Shown: positions 48,052 to 58,724, counted from the first letter of the stretch. The stretch is DNA of 64,000 nt from an uncultured Lachnospiraceae bacterium (GCA_949102785.1 CARYKP010000009.1:9513-73512), one strand, 5' to 3'. Translations and numbers: made by a program. Notes: generated from the sequence alone by a model not told the origin.

Positions 48052-49668
48052 ATGCCAGAGAGAGTGCAGAATATTTTAAATCAGATAAAAGATTGGTGGA
48101 CAAAGTTTTCCGTCAAACAGAAGACGCTGCTGCTTAGCATTACGGCAGTCGTTATATTGGCGTTAGTCATATTGGCAGTTGTGATGAATCAGCCGAATAT
48201 GGTTACGTTAATTACCTGTGAGAATACAAAACAGGCGTCTGAAGTAAAGAGCCTGCTGGAAGGGGAAGGAATCTCTGCGGAAGTATCGTCCGACGGACTG
48301 ACCTTTTCCATTGACCAGAAAGATGAAGCGAACGCTTCGATTTTGCTGGGGTCTAACGGAATTCCGTCGCAGGGGTACGGCATCGAAAACGTATTTGACG
48401 GAAATTTCAGTACGACCGAATCGGATAAGACCAAAAAGTATCAGTTATATCTGGAAAAGAAATTTGAAGACCAGCTGACAAGGATATCAAATATCGAGGA
48501 GGCATCCGTCAGTCTTTCGATTCCGGAGGAAGACGGAACGATTATCTCCATGGGACAGGAGACGCATGCAAGTGTAGTTCTGACTTTAAACGGAGAAATG
48601 GAGGAAGAACAGGCGGCGGGGATCGCCAAGTTCGTGGCTACCGAGGTAGGAAATGATTCTACGGACCATATATTGCTGCTGGATTCCAGCGGAAACGTTC
48701 TGTTTTCCGGAGGAGATGCGGGAACGGCAATCGGAAATGCAAATACCCAGCTTTCCGTCAAAAGCAAAGCGGAGAATATGGTAAAAAGCGAAGTCAAGGG
48801 CGTCGTTTTAGGTACGGATGTATATGATAACGTGGAAGTCGGTTTGAATCTGGTTATGGATTTTGATACGGAAGATTACACGAACCAGCGTTATTATGTG
48901 GAGCCCGGGCAGGAACAGGGGTATCTGGACAGCCGGAATACATTTGAATCCGAAGCACAGGGAGGACGAGCAGGCAATCCGGGTACGGACAGCAATGACC
49001 AGGATGCGGCGACGTATGTGATGGAAGATTCGGAGATCACCTCTTCTTCCACAAGCGAGACAAAAGAAAAATTTCTTCCCAGCCAGGAAATTACCAGAAG
49101 AAAAAGCGACGGCGGAAAGGTGGATCTTGAAAATTCTTCCATTTCGGTTGTTGCTACCTCCTATGTAGTCTATGATGAAAATGCGCTGAAAGCAGACGGA
49201 ACGCTGGACGATATTTCGTTTGATGAATTTGTGGCTGAGAATAGCAGCCGTGTGAAAACAACGGTGGATGATGAGTTTTACAATATGGTAGCCAATGCAA
49301 CCGGAATTGCAAGGGACAATATTACAATTGTGGCATATGATGTACCGTTCTTTAAATATGCGTCATCCGGCGGACGAGATCTTGCGGATTACCTGCAGAT
49401 CGTGCTTGCGGTTCTGATTTTTGGCCTGCTTGGATTTGTCGTATTCAAAAGCACCAGAAAGCAGCAGGAGCAGGAAATCGAGCCGGAGCTTTCTGTAGAA
49501 AATTTGCTGGAAACGACCAGAAATTCGGAAATGGCAGACGATTCTTTACAGGATATCGGTTTTTCGGAAAAATCGGAAACGCGTATTCTGATTGAAAATT
49601 TTGTGACAGACAATCCGGAAGCAGCCGCATCGCTGCTGCGTAATTGGCTGAATGAGGAGTGGGATTAA
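48052..49668 (+). CDS. fliF: Flagellar M-ring protein FliF
   Basis: Two TM segments, FSTTESD, NPEAAASLLRNWL. Confidence 0.93.
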   Translation: MPERVQNILNQIKDWWTKFSVKQKTLLLSITAVVILALVILAVVMNQPNMVTLITCENTKQASEVKSLLEGEGISAEVSSDGLTFSIDQKDEANASILLGSNGIPSQGYGIENVFDGNFSTTESDKTKKYQLYLEKKFEDQLTRISNIEEASVSLSIPEEDGTIISMGQETHASVVLTLNGEMEEEQAAGIAKFVATEVGNDSTDHILLLDSSGNVLFSGGDAGTAIGNANTQLSVKSKAENMVKSEVKGVVLGTDVYDNVEVGLNLVMDFDTEDYTNQRYYVEPGQEQGYLDSRNTFESEAQGGRAGNPGTDSNDQDAATYVMEDSEITSSSTSETKEKFLPSQEITRRKSDGGKVDLENSSISVVATSYVVYDENALKADGTLDDISFDEFVAENSSRVKTTVDDEFYNMVANATGIARDNITIVAYDVPFFKYASSGGRDLADYLQIVLAVLIFGLLGFVVFKSTRKQQEQEIEPELSVENLLETTRNSEMADDSLQDIGFSEKSETRILIENFVTDNPEAAASLLRNWLNEEWD

Positions 49669-49670
49669 AG

Positions 49671-50678
49671 ATGAGTACCGAAGAATTGACCGGGGTCCAG
49701 AAAGCCGCTATATTATTGATTGCATTAGGACCGGAAAAGTCGGCAGATATTTTTAAACATTTAAAAGAAGAAGAAATAGAAGAACTGACGTTGGAAATTG
49801 CAAATACCAGAAGCGTTTCTCCGCAGATAAAAGAAGCGGTACTAAATGAATTTTATCAGGTCTGCCTGGCACAGCAGTATATTGCGGAAGGCGGTATCGC
49901 ATATGCGAAAGAGCTGCTGGATAAGGCGTTGGGCGGTGATCGTGCACAGGAAGTAATTTCCAAGCTTACAGCGTCGCTGCAGGTACGTCCGTTTGAATTT
50001 GTCCGAAAGACGGATCCGAGCCAGGTGTTAAACTTTATTCAGGACGAACACCCGCAGACGATCGCAATGATTTTGTCATATCTGACGCCGGCACAGGCCG
50101 CCATGATCATCAGCGCGCTTTCTCCGGAAGTACAGGCGGATGTGGCAAAGAGAATCGCAACGATGGACAGAACTTCGCCGGACGTTGTCAAAGAAGTGGA
50201 GCGTGTATTGGAACGAAAGTTATCTTCGCTGATCAATCAGGATTATACGATTGTGGGCGGTGTAGACGCAATTGTCAATATTTTAAATACGGTAGATCGT
50301 TCAACCGAGAAACATATTATGGAATCTTTGGAAATCGAAGAACCGGAGCTGGCAGACGAAATCCGCAAGAAGATGTTTGTCTTCGAGGATATTATGCTGC
50401 TTGACGACCGTGCGATCCAGCGTGTACTTCGAGATGTGGACAACAGTGATCTTTCTATCGCACTTAAGAGTGCAAACGAAGACGTCCAGAATACAATATT
50501 TAAGAACCTTTCCAAGCGTCTTGCGGCAATGATCAAGGAAGATATGGAATTTATGGGTCCGGTACGTATGAAAGATGTGGAAGAGGCGCAGCAGAAGATT
50601 GTCGGTGTGATTCGTAAGTTAGAAGACTCTGGCGAGATTGTAATTTCCAGAGGCGGAGGTGACGAGATCGTTGTCTAA
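49671..50678 (+). CDS. fliG: Flagellar motor switch protein FliG
   Basis: KAAILL, EHPQTIA, MFVFED, GPVR.KDVEEAQ. Confidence 0.97.
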   Translation: MSTEELTGVQKAAILLIALGPEKSADIFKHLKEEEIEELTLEIANTRSVSPQIKEAVLNEFYQVCLAQQYIAEGGIAYAKELLDKALGGDRAQEVISKLTASLQVRPFEFVRKTDPSQVLNFIQDEHPQTIAMILSYLTPAQAAMIISALSPEVQADVAKRIATMDRTSPDVVKEVERVLERKLSSLINQDYTIVGGVDAIVNILNTVDRSTEKHIMESLEIEEPELADEIRKKMFVFEDIMLLDDRAIQRVLRDVDNSDLSIALKSANEDVQNTIFKNLSKRLAAMIKEDMEFMGPVRMKDVEEAQQKIVGVIRKLEDSGEIVISRGGGDEIVV

Positions 50679-51465
50679 TCTGTTTAAACAATATAATACG
50701 GTCGTTCCGGAACAGAACGTCCGTATTATGGATTACAATTCCATGATAGAGCAGAAGCTGGCAAAACTTAAGCGGCTGCAGAATGCCGGAAATACGGACG
50801 GATTTCAGAATCTGGGTGAAATTTCCGAAGATGTTGTAGAGGAAGACCCAAACGAAATTTTACAGGCGGCAAAGGCCGAAGCCGAAGAACTTTTGCAGAA
50901 CGCGAAGAAAGAATCAAAACGCCTGATGTCTGAAGCGGCGGAGAAGTCGAAGGAAGTGCTGATACAGGCAAAAGAAGAAGGACACAAAGAAGGGTACGAA
51001 GCGGCTTTTTCCCAGACCCAGGGAGAATTGGAAGAAGAATACCGGCAAAAACGGGCAGAACTTGAACAGACCAGGCAAAAACTTTACGATGACTACCAAA
51101 AAGAATTACAGGAGCTGGAGCCGAAGCTTTTAGACGTGATCTTATCGGTAGTGGAAAAGGTCTTCCGCATTCAGTTTGAAGACAAACGGGACATTCTTCT
51201 GTATCTGGTCGGCAATACGATTGCGGATATCGAAGGGACTAAAAGTTTTCGGATCCGTGTAGGAGATGAACAGAAAATATTTCTGGAAAACCGCAGGAAT
51301 GAAATCTTAGATCGGATCGGTCATGATATGTCTTTGGAAATTGTTTCGGACGGAGGATTGACCGGCAATCAATGTATCATTGAAACGGATACGGGTATCT
51401 TTGACTGCAGCATGGATGTGCAGCTTAAAAATTTAATAAAGGATTTAAGATCATTAAGTTCGTGA
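50671..51465 (+). CDS. fliH: Flagellar assembly protein FliH
   Basis: AxxxGxxxG repeat, CIIETDTGIFD; between fliG and fliI; probable TTG start. Confidence 0.9.
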   Translation: MSNLFKQYNTVVPEQNVRIMDYNSMIEQKLAKLKRLQNAGNTDGFQNLGEISEDVVEEDPNEILQAAKAEAEELLQNAKKESKRLMSEAAEKSKEVLIQAKEEGHKEGYEAAFSQTQGELEEEYRQKRAELEQTRQKLYDDYQKELQELEPKLLDVILSVVEKVFRIQFEDKRDILLYLVGNTIADIEGTKSFRIRVGDEQKIFLENRRNEILDRIGHDMSLEIVSDGGLTGNQCIIETDTGIFDCSMDVQLKNLIKDLRSLSS

Positions 51466-51476
51466 GGATGATAAAC

Positions 51477-52787
51477 GTGGCATACAATTTTGACAAATAT
51501 TTACAGATGGCAGACCGTACTTATTTTGACAGGCTTGGAAAAGTGGTAAAAATAGTGGGATTGACGATTGAATCCGTAGGACCGGATGCAAAACTCAATG
51601 ATTTATGCCGTATTATCATTGATAAAAGCAATCAAATTTCAGTTATGGCAGAAGTAGTAGGCATACGGGACAACCGTCTGCTTTTGATGCCGTATGAAAG
51701 TGTAGAAGGGATAGGTGTCGGATGCACCGTAGAGAATACGGGGCATCCTTTGTCTGTCTTAGCGGGAGATGCCCTGCTGGGACATATGGTGGACGGGATC
51801 GGAAGGGTGACGGATCTGCCTGAATTTGACCAGGCGAAAGAGTATCCCGTGGAGGCTCCTCCGCCGGATCCTATGAAGCGGAAGATTATAGACGAAGTGC
51901 TGCCGCTGGGAGTCAAGGCGGTAGATGGTCTGATTACCGTCGGAAAAGGACAGAGGATCGGCATTTTTGCAGGTTCCGGTGTCGGCAAGAGTACCTTGAT
52001 GGGTATGTTTGCCAGAAATACAATGGCGGACATCAACGTGATTGCATTGATCGGGGAGCGCGGAAGAGAGGTCAGAGAGTTTATCGAACGCGATTTGGGG
52101 GAAGAAGGCATGAAGCGGTCGGTCGTTGTCGTGGCGACTTCAGACAAACCGGCGCTGATCCGCAATAAGGCGGCGAAGACGGCGACAGCGATTGCGGAAT
52201 ATTTCAGAGACCAGGGCAAAGACGTGCTTTTAATGATGGATTCCCTGACGCGTTTTTCCATGGCGCAGAGAGAGATCGGTCTTGCTTCGGGAGAGCCGCC
52301 GGTGACCAGGGGGTATCCTCCCAGCGTATATTCGGAAATGCCAAAGCTTTTGGAGCGGGCAGGAAATGCCGAGAAAGGCTCCATTACCGGGTTGTATACG
52401 GTACTGGTTGACGGCGATGATTTCAATGAACCGATCACCGATACGGCGCGCAGTATTTTAGACGGACATATTATGCTTTCGAGAAAACTGGGACATCGCA
52501 ACCATTATCCTGCCATCGATATTTTACAGAGTATTTCCAGGGTTATGAGTTCTATCGCCGGAAAAGAACATAAAGCGGCGGCGGGTAAGCTGAAAAATGT
52601 GCTTGCAACGTATCAGGAAGCCGAAGATTTGATTAACATCGGGGCGTATAAAAGGGGATCCAATTCCGGAATCGATTATGCAATTTCCAAGATCGAAGCA
52701 GTCAACGCATTTTTACGGCAGGATACGATGGAAAAATTTGAATTTGAAGAAGAAGAGGCAATGCTGGAAGCCCTTTTTGCAGAGTAG
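51477..52787 (+). CDS. fliI: Flagellar export ATPase FliI
   Basis: AGSGVGKST, IGERGRE, DSLTRF, GEPP; start uncertain (51462-51477). Confidence 0.96.
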   Translation: MAYNFDKYLQMADRTYFDRLGKVVKIVGLTIESVGPDAKLNDLCRIIIDKSNQISVMAEVVGIRDNRLLLMPYESVEGIGVGCTVENTGHPLSVLAGDALLGHMVDGIGRVTDLPEFDQAKEYPVEAPPPDPMKRKIIDEVLPLGVKAVDGLITVGKGQRIGIFAGSGVGKSTLMGMFARNTMADINVIALIGERGREVREFIERDLGEEGMKRSVVVVATSDKPALIRNKAAKTATAIAEYFRDQGKDVLLMMDSLTRFSMAQREIGLASGEPPVTRGYPPSVYSEMPKLLERAGNAEKGSITGLYTVLVDGDDFNEPITDTARSILDGHIMLSRKLGHRNHYPAIDILQSISRVMSSIAGKEHKAAAGKLKNVLATYQEAEDLINIGAYKRGSNSGIDYAISKIEAVNAFLRQDTMEKFEFEEEEAMLEALFAE

Positions 52788-52797
52788 GTGAGCTGGG

Positions 52798-53244
52798 ATG
52801 GCGAAATTTCAATATAAGCTGCAAAGCGTGCTGGATATTAAGCAAAAGCTGGAAAGCCAGGAAAAGATCGCATTTGGGCTTGCGTCCGCAAAGCTTCTGG
52901 AGGAACAGGAGATTTTGCAGAAACTGATGATCCAGAAAGCGGGATACGACAAACAGGCAAAAAAGCTTTTGGAAGGAACGATTGACCTGCTTGCAGTCAA
53001 TGCCTGCCGGAAAGCGGTTGAAACGATGAAAACCAGGATCCGCGGACAGATGATGAATGTACATAAAGCAGAGAAGCAGCTGGAGCTGGTTCGGCACAGG
53101 CTTAATGAGGTCATGATCGAACGAAAAACATATGAAAAGCTTCGGGAGAGGAAGTTTGAAGAATTTAAAGCAGAACTTGCATACGAAGAAAAAAAAGAGG
53201 TAGACGAATTAGTCAGTTATACCTATCATCAGAATCAAGAATAA
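52798..53244 (+). CDS. fliJ: Flagellar export protein FliJ
   Basis: FQYKLQSVL...YEKLRE..EVDE; follows fliI. Confidence 0.92.
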   Translation: MAKFQYKLQSVLDIKQKLESQEKIAFGLASAKLLEEQEILQKLMIQKAGYDKQAKKLLEGTIDLLAVNACRKAVETMKTRIRGQMMNVHKAEKQLELVRHRLNEVMIERKTYEKLRERKFEEFKAELAYEEKKEVDELVSYTYHQNQE

Positions 53245-53263
53245 CAGGCGGTGAAAGAAACAT

Positions 53264-54175
53264 ATGGCGAATACGAATGAAATGCCAAACGGTGATGCAG
53301 TCGATAAAAAAGCTGCGAAAAAGGCTGCAAAACTGGCAAAAAAAGAAGAAAAAGCAGCCAGTCGAGAAGAAAAGAGAAGGAAAAAGCTCGAAAAAGCGGG
53401 TGCGTCTCCGGAAGAGATTAATCAGGCAATGGAGAATGCAGGATATGAGGAAGAGGGCGGCAGCCGTCTTGCCGTATTTTTTGTGACGCTTGTCATTATC
53501 GCGATCTGGCTTGCGATTCTTGTTTTGCTGGTCAAGATGGATGTGGGCGGTTTTGGTTCTACCGTGCTAAAACCATTGTTAAAAGACGTTCCTTATGTAA
53601 ACAGGATTTTACCGGATGCAGACGACGAGCTGATCTTAGGTACGGAAAGCGGTACGGAATATCCGTATACGACGCTGGATGAAGCCGTGGCAAGGATCAA
53701 GGCGTTGGAAATCGAACTGCAGAACGAAAAAAATGCAAACGCCAAAAGCCAGGAAAGCAACGAAGAACTGAGGGGACAGTCAGAACAGCTGGAACAGTAC
53801 AAGGCAAAAGAAGCAGAGTTTGAGGCATTAAAGCAAAAGTTTGACGAAGAGGTTGTATTTTCGGATCAAGCGCCCGATATAAATGAATATAAGACGTATT
53901 ATGAAAGCATCGATCCTGCCAATGCGGAAGCGATTTATAAGCAGGTCTTGGAACAGCAGCAGAAAGATGAAGAGCTGGAATCTTATATCAATATGTATTC
54001 CACGATGAAACCAAAGCAGGCAGCGGCGATTTTTGATACAATGACAAGCGACTTAAAGCTGGTGGCAAAAATTTTAAAGGCGATGGATGCGGATGCAAGT
54101 GCGAGTATTCTGGGGGCAATGAATGCGGAAACAGCGGCAAAGCTGACCAAAATCATGAATCCCTCTGAATCATAA
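53264..54175 (+). CDS. MotE/YlxF-like flagellar protein
   Basis: TM, coiled coil, MYSTMKPKQAAAIF...ILGAM repeat. Confidence 0.8.
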   Translation: MANTNEMPNGDAVDKKAAKKAAKLAKKEEKAASREEKRRKKLEKAGASPEEINQAMENAGYEEEGGSRLAVFFVTLVIIAIWLAILVLLVKMDVGGFGSTVLKPLLKDVPYVNRILPDADDELILGTESGTEYPYTTLDEAVARIKALEIELQNEKNANAKSQESNEELRGQSEQLEQYKAKEAEFEALKQKFDEEVVFSDQAPDINEYKTYYESIDPANAEAIYKQVLEQQQKDEELESYINMYSTMKPKQAAAIFDTMTSDLKLVAKILKAMDADASASILGAMNAETAAKLTKIMNPSES

Positions 54176-54209
54176 ATGATACTATATCTTAAGAAAGGAG
54201 GCGAAAAAA

Positions 54210-55667
54210 ATGGGAACCCATATTTCCGGAATTGTAAAGAGCATGCTGCAGGTTGGGGCAAATGTAAAGACTGCAATGCCTGATAAAGAAAAGGGGGAGG
54301 ATTTTACCGTTAGTTTTTTGGATCTGATGAATCAGAACGGTATGCCGAATATGAATATTTCAGCAGGCTCTCACCCGATGGATATACAGGCCGGTACAAA
54401 AAACAACGCAAATTCTGCGTATGATACATATTCTGGTTCTTATAAAAATGTATCCGTAAAAGAAGGCATGACGCCGGAACAGATGCGGGAAGCATCGTCC
54501 GAAGCGCTGGATACGTTTGAAGAAGAAATCCGGGACGTATTAAAAGAGGAACTTGGCGTAACGGATGAAGAAATTTCGGATGCGCTGGAAAGCCTTGGAT
54601 TGTCCCTGTTAGATCTTAAAAATCTTCCGGATCTGGCATCTTTGGTACAGGAACTGACAGGAAAAGACATAGGAACCCTCTTTGCAAGCAGTGAATTCCA
54701 GCATCTGATAGAGCAGGTTCAAACGACGGTTCAAACACTGTGCGAAGAACTTGGCATTAACCGGCAGGATCTAGATCTGCTGGCATCCGCGTGGGAAGAG
54801 GCAGGAAGCGTTGAACTTCCGGATGCGGAACACGCACAGGAAACGGGAGATCAGACGATTCAGAATGCAGCCGCAGAAGAAGCAGGCGCAGAAGCGGAAG
54901 ATCTGACTGTGAATGCTGTATCCCGGGAGGAGGCCAAAACAGCCGTATCAGAACAGCAGAATCCGGTATCCGAACAAGAGAAGTGGGAAGTTTCCAGAGA
55001 AGAAAACCCTGCGGATCAGGCGGTTTCTAAAATAGGTGAAGAGACAGAGCAGGGGCCTGGCGAGCAGAGTGAAGCAGATCAGTCCGGCAGCGCAAAAAGC
55101 GATACATCAAATGCCGGAATAGTGTTTGCAGATCAGCAGACCGCAAGGACAGAAGAGTTTATTATGCCCAGGGAAGCGGTTCCGTATCAAAGCCAGATCG
55201 ATACAATTGATCTGATCAACCAGATTGCACGAAACGTCCGTGTGACAATTTCGGCAACAGAAACTTCTATGGAAATGCAGTTAAACCCGGAAAACCTTGG
55301 TAAAATTTATCTGAATGTTTCCGAAAAAGAAGGCGTTGTCCGCGCGCAGATTGCAGCGCAGAATGCAGCGGTAAAAGAAGCTTTGGAGACACAGGTGATG
55401 GAACTGCGCCAGAGTTTAAACCAGCAGGGAATCAAGGTGGATGCGATTGAAGTGACGGTTGCAACCCATGAATTTGAGCAGAATCTGGAAGAAAACGCCA
55501 GACAGGAACAGCAGGCACAGCAGCAGATGGAAGAATCGCAGAAACAGACGCGGAAGAATCTGAACCTGAATGACCTGGACAGCATGTCCGGCCTGATGTC
55601 AGAGGAAGAGCAGCTTGCGGCGCAGATCATGCGGGATAACGGCAACCAGATCGATTTTACAGCATAG
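54210..55667 (+). CDS. fliK: Flagellar hook-length control protein FliK
   Basis: MQLNPENLGKI C-terminal domain after a low-complexity region. Confidence 0.9.
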   Translation: MGTHISGIVKSMLQVGANVKTAMPDKEKGEDFTVSFLDLMNQNGMPNMNISAGSHPMDIQAGTKNNANSAYDTYSGSYKNVSVKEGMTPEQMREASSEALDTFEEEIRDVLKEELGVTDEEISDALESLGLSLLDLKNLPDLASLVQELTGKDIGTLFASSEFQHLIEQVQTTVQTLCEELGINRQDLDLLASAWEEAGSVELPDAEHAQETGDQTIQNAAAEEAGAEAEDLTVNAVSREEAKTAVSEQQNPVSEQEKWEVSREENPADQAVSKIGEETEQGPGEQSEADQSGSAKSDTSNAGIVFADQQTARTEEFIMPREAVPYQSQIDTIDLINQIARNVRVTISATETSMEMQLNPENLGKIYLNVSEKEGVVRAQIAAQNAAVKEALETQVMELRQSLNQQGIKVDAIEVTVATHEFEQNLEENARQEQQAQQQMEESQKQTRKNLNLNDLDSMSGLMSEEEQLAAQIMRDNGNQIDFTA

Positions 55668-55681
55668 GAAAGGAGAATTCT

Positions 55682-56401
55682 ATGGCATTATTAATGGCAA
55701 CCGTGGAAAACGGCAAAATTCAAAACAACAGTACAGAAGAATCGACGGCTGCGGCAAAAAAGAAAAAGAAAGAAGGCGCTACGTCAGGGCTTGACAAAGA
55801 AGCGTTTTTACAGCTTTTAGTTGCGCAGATGCAGTACCAGGATCCGCTGGAGCCGATGGATAATACGGAGTATGTTTCTCAGCTTGCGACGTTTTCACAG
55901 CTAGAGGCAACGCAGAACCTTGCGGATACCGTGACATACGGCATGGCAAACGATCTGGTCGGCAAATATGTTATTTTAAATACCGACATGGGTACGGTAA
56001 GCGGCAGAGTCGATTATGTGATGTATGAAAACGGAGAAATACTTCTGGCGGTAGACGACGGTGTGTATTCTCTGGATACGCTTGATACCGTTGCCAATTC
56101 GGATTATTATGAAGCGTTCCAGATGGCGAGCCTGTTTTCGGCAATGATCGCTAAGCTTCCGCCGGTGGGCAGTCTTACGGCAGGCGATGCAAAGGCAATT
56201 AAGGAAGCAAGAGAAGTATACGACGCAATGAATTCCTATCAGCAGGGATTTGTCAATCCGGACGATCTCAAGAAATTAGAAGAGCTGGAGAAGAAAATCG
56301 CAGAACTGACCGGAGGATCCGGCGACAGCGAAAAACCGGAAGAGAAGCCGGAAGAGAAGCCGGAAGAAAAACCGGATAATTCAGAAGTAACCGACGGCTA
56401 A
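55682..56401 (+). CDS. flgD: Flagellar hook capping protein FlgD with C-terminal extension
   Basis: FLQLLVAQMQYQDPLEPMD, QLATFSQLE. Confidence 0.93.
   Translation: MALLMATVENGKIQNNSTEESTAAAKKKKKEGATSGLDKEAFLQLLVAQMQYQDPLEPMDNTEYVSQLATFSQLEATQNLADTVTYGMANDLVGKYVILNTDMGTVSGRVDYVMYENGEILLAVDDGVYSLDTLDTVANSDYYEAFQMASLFSAMIAKLPPVGSLTAGDAKAIKEAREVYDAMNSYQQGFVNPDDLKKLEELEKKIAELTGGSGDSEKPEEKPEEKPEEKPDNSEVTDG
56333..56378 (+). repeat. 12-bp tandem repeat encoding (KPEE)n in the FlgD tail
   Basis: CCGGAAGA(G/A)AA(G/A) repeated about 3.5 times. Confidence 0.8.
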
Positions 56402-56414
56402 AAGAAAAAGCGGG

Positions 56415-56819
56415 GTGGCAGCCATGGATAAGCTCACAAACAGATTTACATCCATTGAACAGGTTGCGGGCAGATATTTAAAGCCTAACAGAATAACGGA
56501 AACCGCCGGTGCACCACAGGTTTCCTTTGAAGAAATCCTGCGGGGAAAACAGTCGGAAGAGAGTTCCGAACTGAAATTTTCCAAACATGCCTCTATGAGG
56601 TTAAAGGAGCGTAATATCAGCCTGACGATGGAACAGAGCGCCCGTTTGGAAAGCGGCGTTTTAAGGGCGGGTGAAAAGGGAATCAAAGATTCTCTGGTTA
56701 TGATAGATTCGCTTGCGTTTATCGTCAATGTTCCCAACCGGACCGTGGTAACCGCAATGGATCAGACAGAACAACAGGACAACATATATACCAACATAGA
56801 CGGAGCTGTCATTATGTAG
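56415..56819 (+). CDS. TIGR02530-family flagellar operon protein
   Basis: LKFSKHA..RL.ERNI, KGIKDSLV, NRTVVTAMD, TNIDGAV; between flgD and flgE. Confidence 0.9.
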   Translation: MAAMDKLTNRFTSIEQVAGRYLKPNRITETAGAPQVSFEEILRGKQSEESSELKFSKHASMRLKERNISLTMEQSARLESGVLRAGEKGIKDSLVMIDSLAFIVNVPNRTVVTAMDQTEQQDNIYTNIDGAVIM

Positions 56820-56898
56820 CCGGACCTAAGGGAGGCAGACGCCCCTGACTGACAGAGGGGGCAGACAGACCGTATGAAATTCAGGAGGTCATTTCATT

Positions 56899-58659
56899 AT
56901 GATGAGATCATTGTTTTCTGCTGTGTCAGGACTTAAGACACATCAGTCAAAAATGGACGTAATCGGTAACAACGTAGCAAACGTCAATACCGTAGCGTTC
57001 AAATCTTCAACAACAACATTCAGTGAAATTATGTATCAGACGATTTCCGGCGCATCCGGAGCGAATGCGGCTACCGGAAAAGGCGGTGTCAATGCAAGGC
57101 AGATCGGTCTTGGTGTAACCACCGGCGCAAATAAAGTCCGGGTAACATCACCGGGCGCTGCCGAGACGACAGGCGACGCATTTGATATTCGTCTGACCGA
57201 TAAGTCTACGACGAATTTCTTTATCGTAAGCAACGGCTCTCAGAACCTATTTACAAGGGCAGGTTCTTTTTACGTTGACGGCGCGGGAAACCTTGCCATG
57301 ACTTCGACGGGTTATACCGTAATGGGATGGCAGGTAGACGAAGCGACGGGCGCTATCCGCAAGGATACGGTATCGGCTCTGCGTATTATGCAGGAGAAGA
57401 ACTTAACGTCTCCGCCGGAAGCGACGACAAAGGGAATCGTCAGCGGTACGCTGGATAAAAACGATACCGGAGTTACGAGCGACAACGGTCATATGATGAA
57501 CTTAACGTTTTATGATAAGCTGGGTTACCGTTATGTTGCAAAACTTGCCGTAAAGGTGACGGATCCGGATGCCGAAACGTATACAGTGGAACTGGCAGAT
57601 ATTTTGGATTCTAACAACAAATCCATTATGGATAAATATTTAAAGGACGGCGGAGATCCGGCAGCCGTATTCGGACAGAATACGACAGCCGTAAAATCTT
57701 ATATGCCGACGGATCCTGCAATCCAGTATATGACGAACGGCGATGCAAATCTGGGCTTTGTGAATGCCGGCTATTACTATACATATGCAAGTTTTGACGG
57801 AAACGGCGAGCCGATTACCCGCTATGTACCGATGACGTATGATCCGGTAAACAACGAGTATTCTTATCCGGAATATACATATTATACGGATAAAGAAACG
57901 GCAATCAAAGATAAAGGCGACGGCACGAATGCGGTCAAAGGGCAGGCGGGCAGCGGAAAGCTGACGGATCTGTTCGGTATTACGGAGAAACAGCTGGCAG
58001 ACAACGGAAGCGGTACCATACCGAGCGGTTCTTTCAATACGACGACGGGCGCTTACGATTATACGGAACCTGCCGTAAATTACACGCTGCAGTTTAAGAA
58101 AGCTGACGGAACGTTTTCTTATGTCGGCTCTCAGGGTTCGGATACGGTTACCTTAAGACTCGCGGACACGCTGGGCGATCAGTTTTCTGACATCGAAATT
58201 GATTTTTCTACCTGCCGGGCTGCGGATAACGGAGGAAAAACAACGCTGGGCGCCGATGCCGGCTGGGAAAAAGGAAGCGTCGGCCAGGGAAAACCGCTGG
58301 GAGCGCTGATCGGTATCAGTATCGATAACAACGGAAGAATTTTCGGTTCTTACGATAACGGAAATACGGTATTATTGGGACAGATTGCCGTTGCACAGTT
58401 TGCAAATGCTTCCGGTCTGGAGAAAGTCGGTGAGAACTGTTATACGACGACATTAAACTCCGGTGAATTTGACGGAATCGGCGTAGAAGTTGCCGCAGAC
58501 GGCAGCAGCATGATTTCCGGAGAACTGGAAATGTCCAATGTCGATCTCTCCACGGAATTCACGCAGATGATCATCACGCAGAGAGGCTTTCAGTCCAATT
58601 CCCGTGTTATTACGACATCGGATACGCTTTTGGAAGAACTGATCAATCTGAAACGTTAA
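56899..58659 (+). CDS. flgE: Flagellar hook protein FlgE
   Basis: MMRSLFSAVSGL, IGNNVANVNT, TRAG.F, LEMSNVDLS. Confidence 0.95.
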   Translation: MMRSLFSAVSGLKTHQSKMDVIGNNVANVNTVAFKSSTTTFSEIMYQTISGASGANAATGKGGVNARQIGLGVTTGANKVRVTSPGAAETTGDAFDIRLTDKSTTNFFIVSNGSQNLFTRAGSFYVDGAGNLAMTSTGYTVMGWQVDEATGAIRKDTVSALRIMQEKNLTSPPEATTKGIVSGTLDKNDTGVTSDNGHMMNLTFYDKLGYRYVAKLAVKVTDPDAETYTVELADILDSNNKSIMDKYLKDGGDPAAVFGQNTTAVKSYMPTDPAIQYMTNGDANLGFVNAGYYYTYASFDGNGEPITRYVPMTYDPVNNEYSYPEYTYYTDKETAIKDKGDGTNAVKGQAGSGKLTDLFGITEKQLADNGSGTIPSGSFNTTTGAYDYTEPAVNYTLQFKKADGTFSYVGSQGSDTVTLRLADTLGDQFSDIEIDFSTCRAADNGGKTTLGADAGWEKGSVGQGKPLGALIGISIDNNGRIFGSYDNGNTVLLGQIAVAQFANASGLEKVGENCYTTTLNSGEFDGIGVEVAADGSSMISGELEMSNVDLSTEFTQMIITQRGFQSNSRVITTSDTLLEELINLKR

Positions 58660-58724
58660 TTACGGTTAAAAAATTGTATATATAGATGATTGGTATTCCA
58701 TTTTAACACAAGATATGGTATGAT

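Noticed and set aside
51632..52501. 289-aa antisense ORF opposite fliI
   Set aside because: Shadow frame of a conserved gene; Ser/Pro/Thr-rich with no motif
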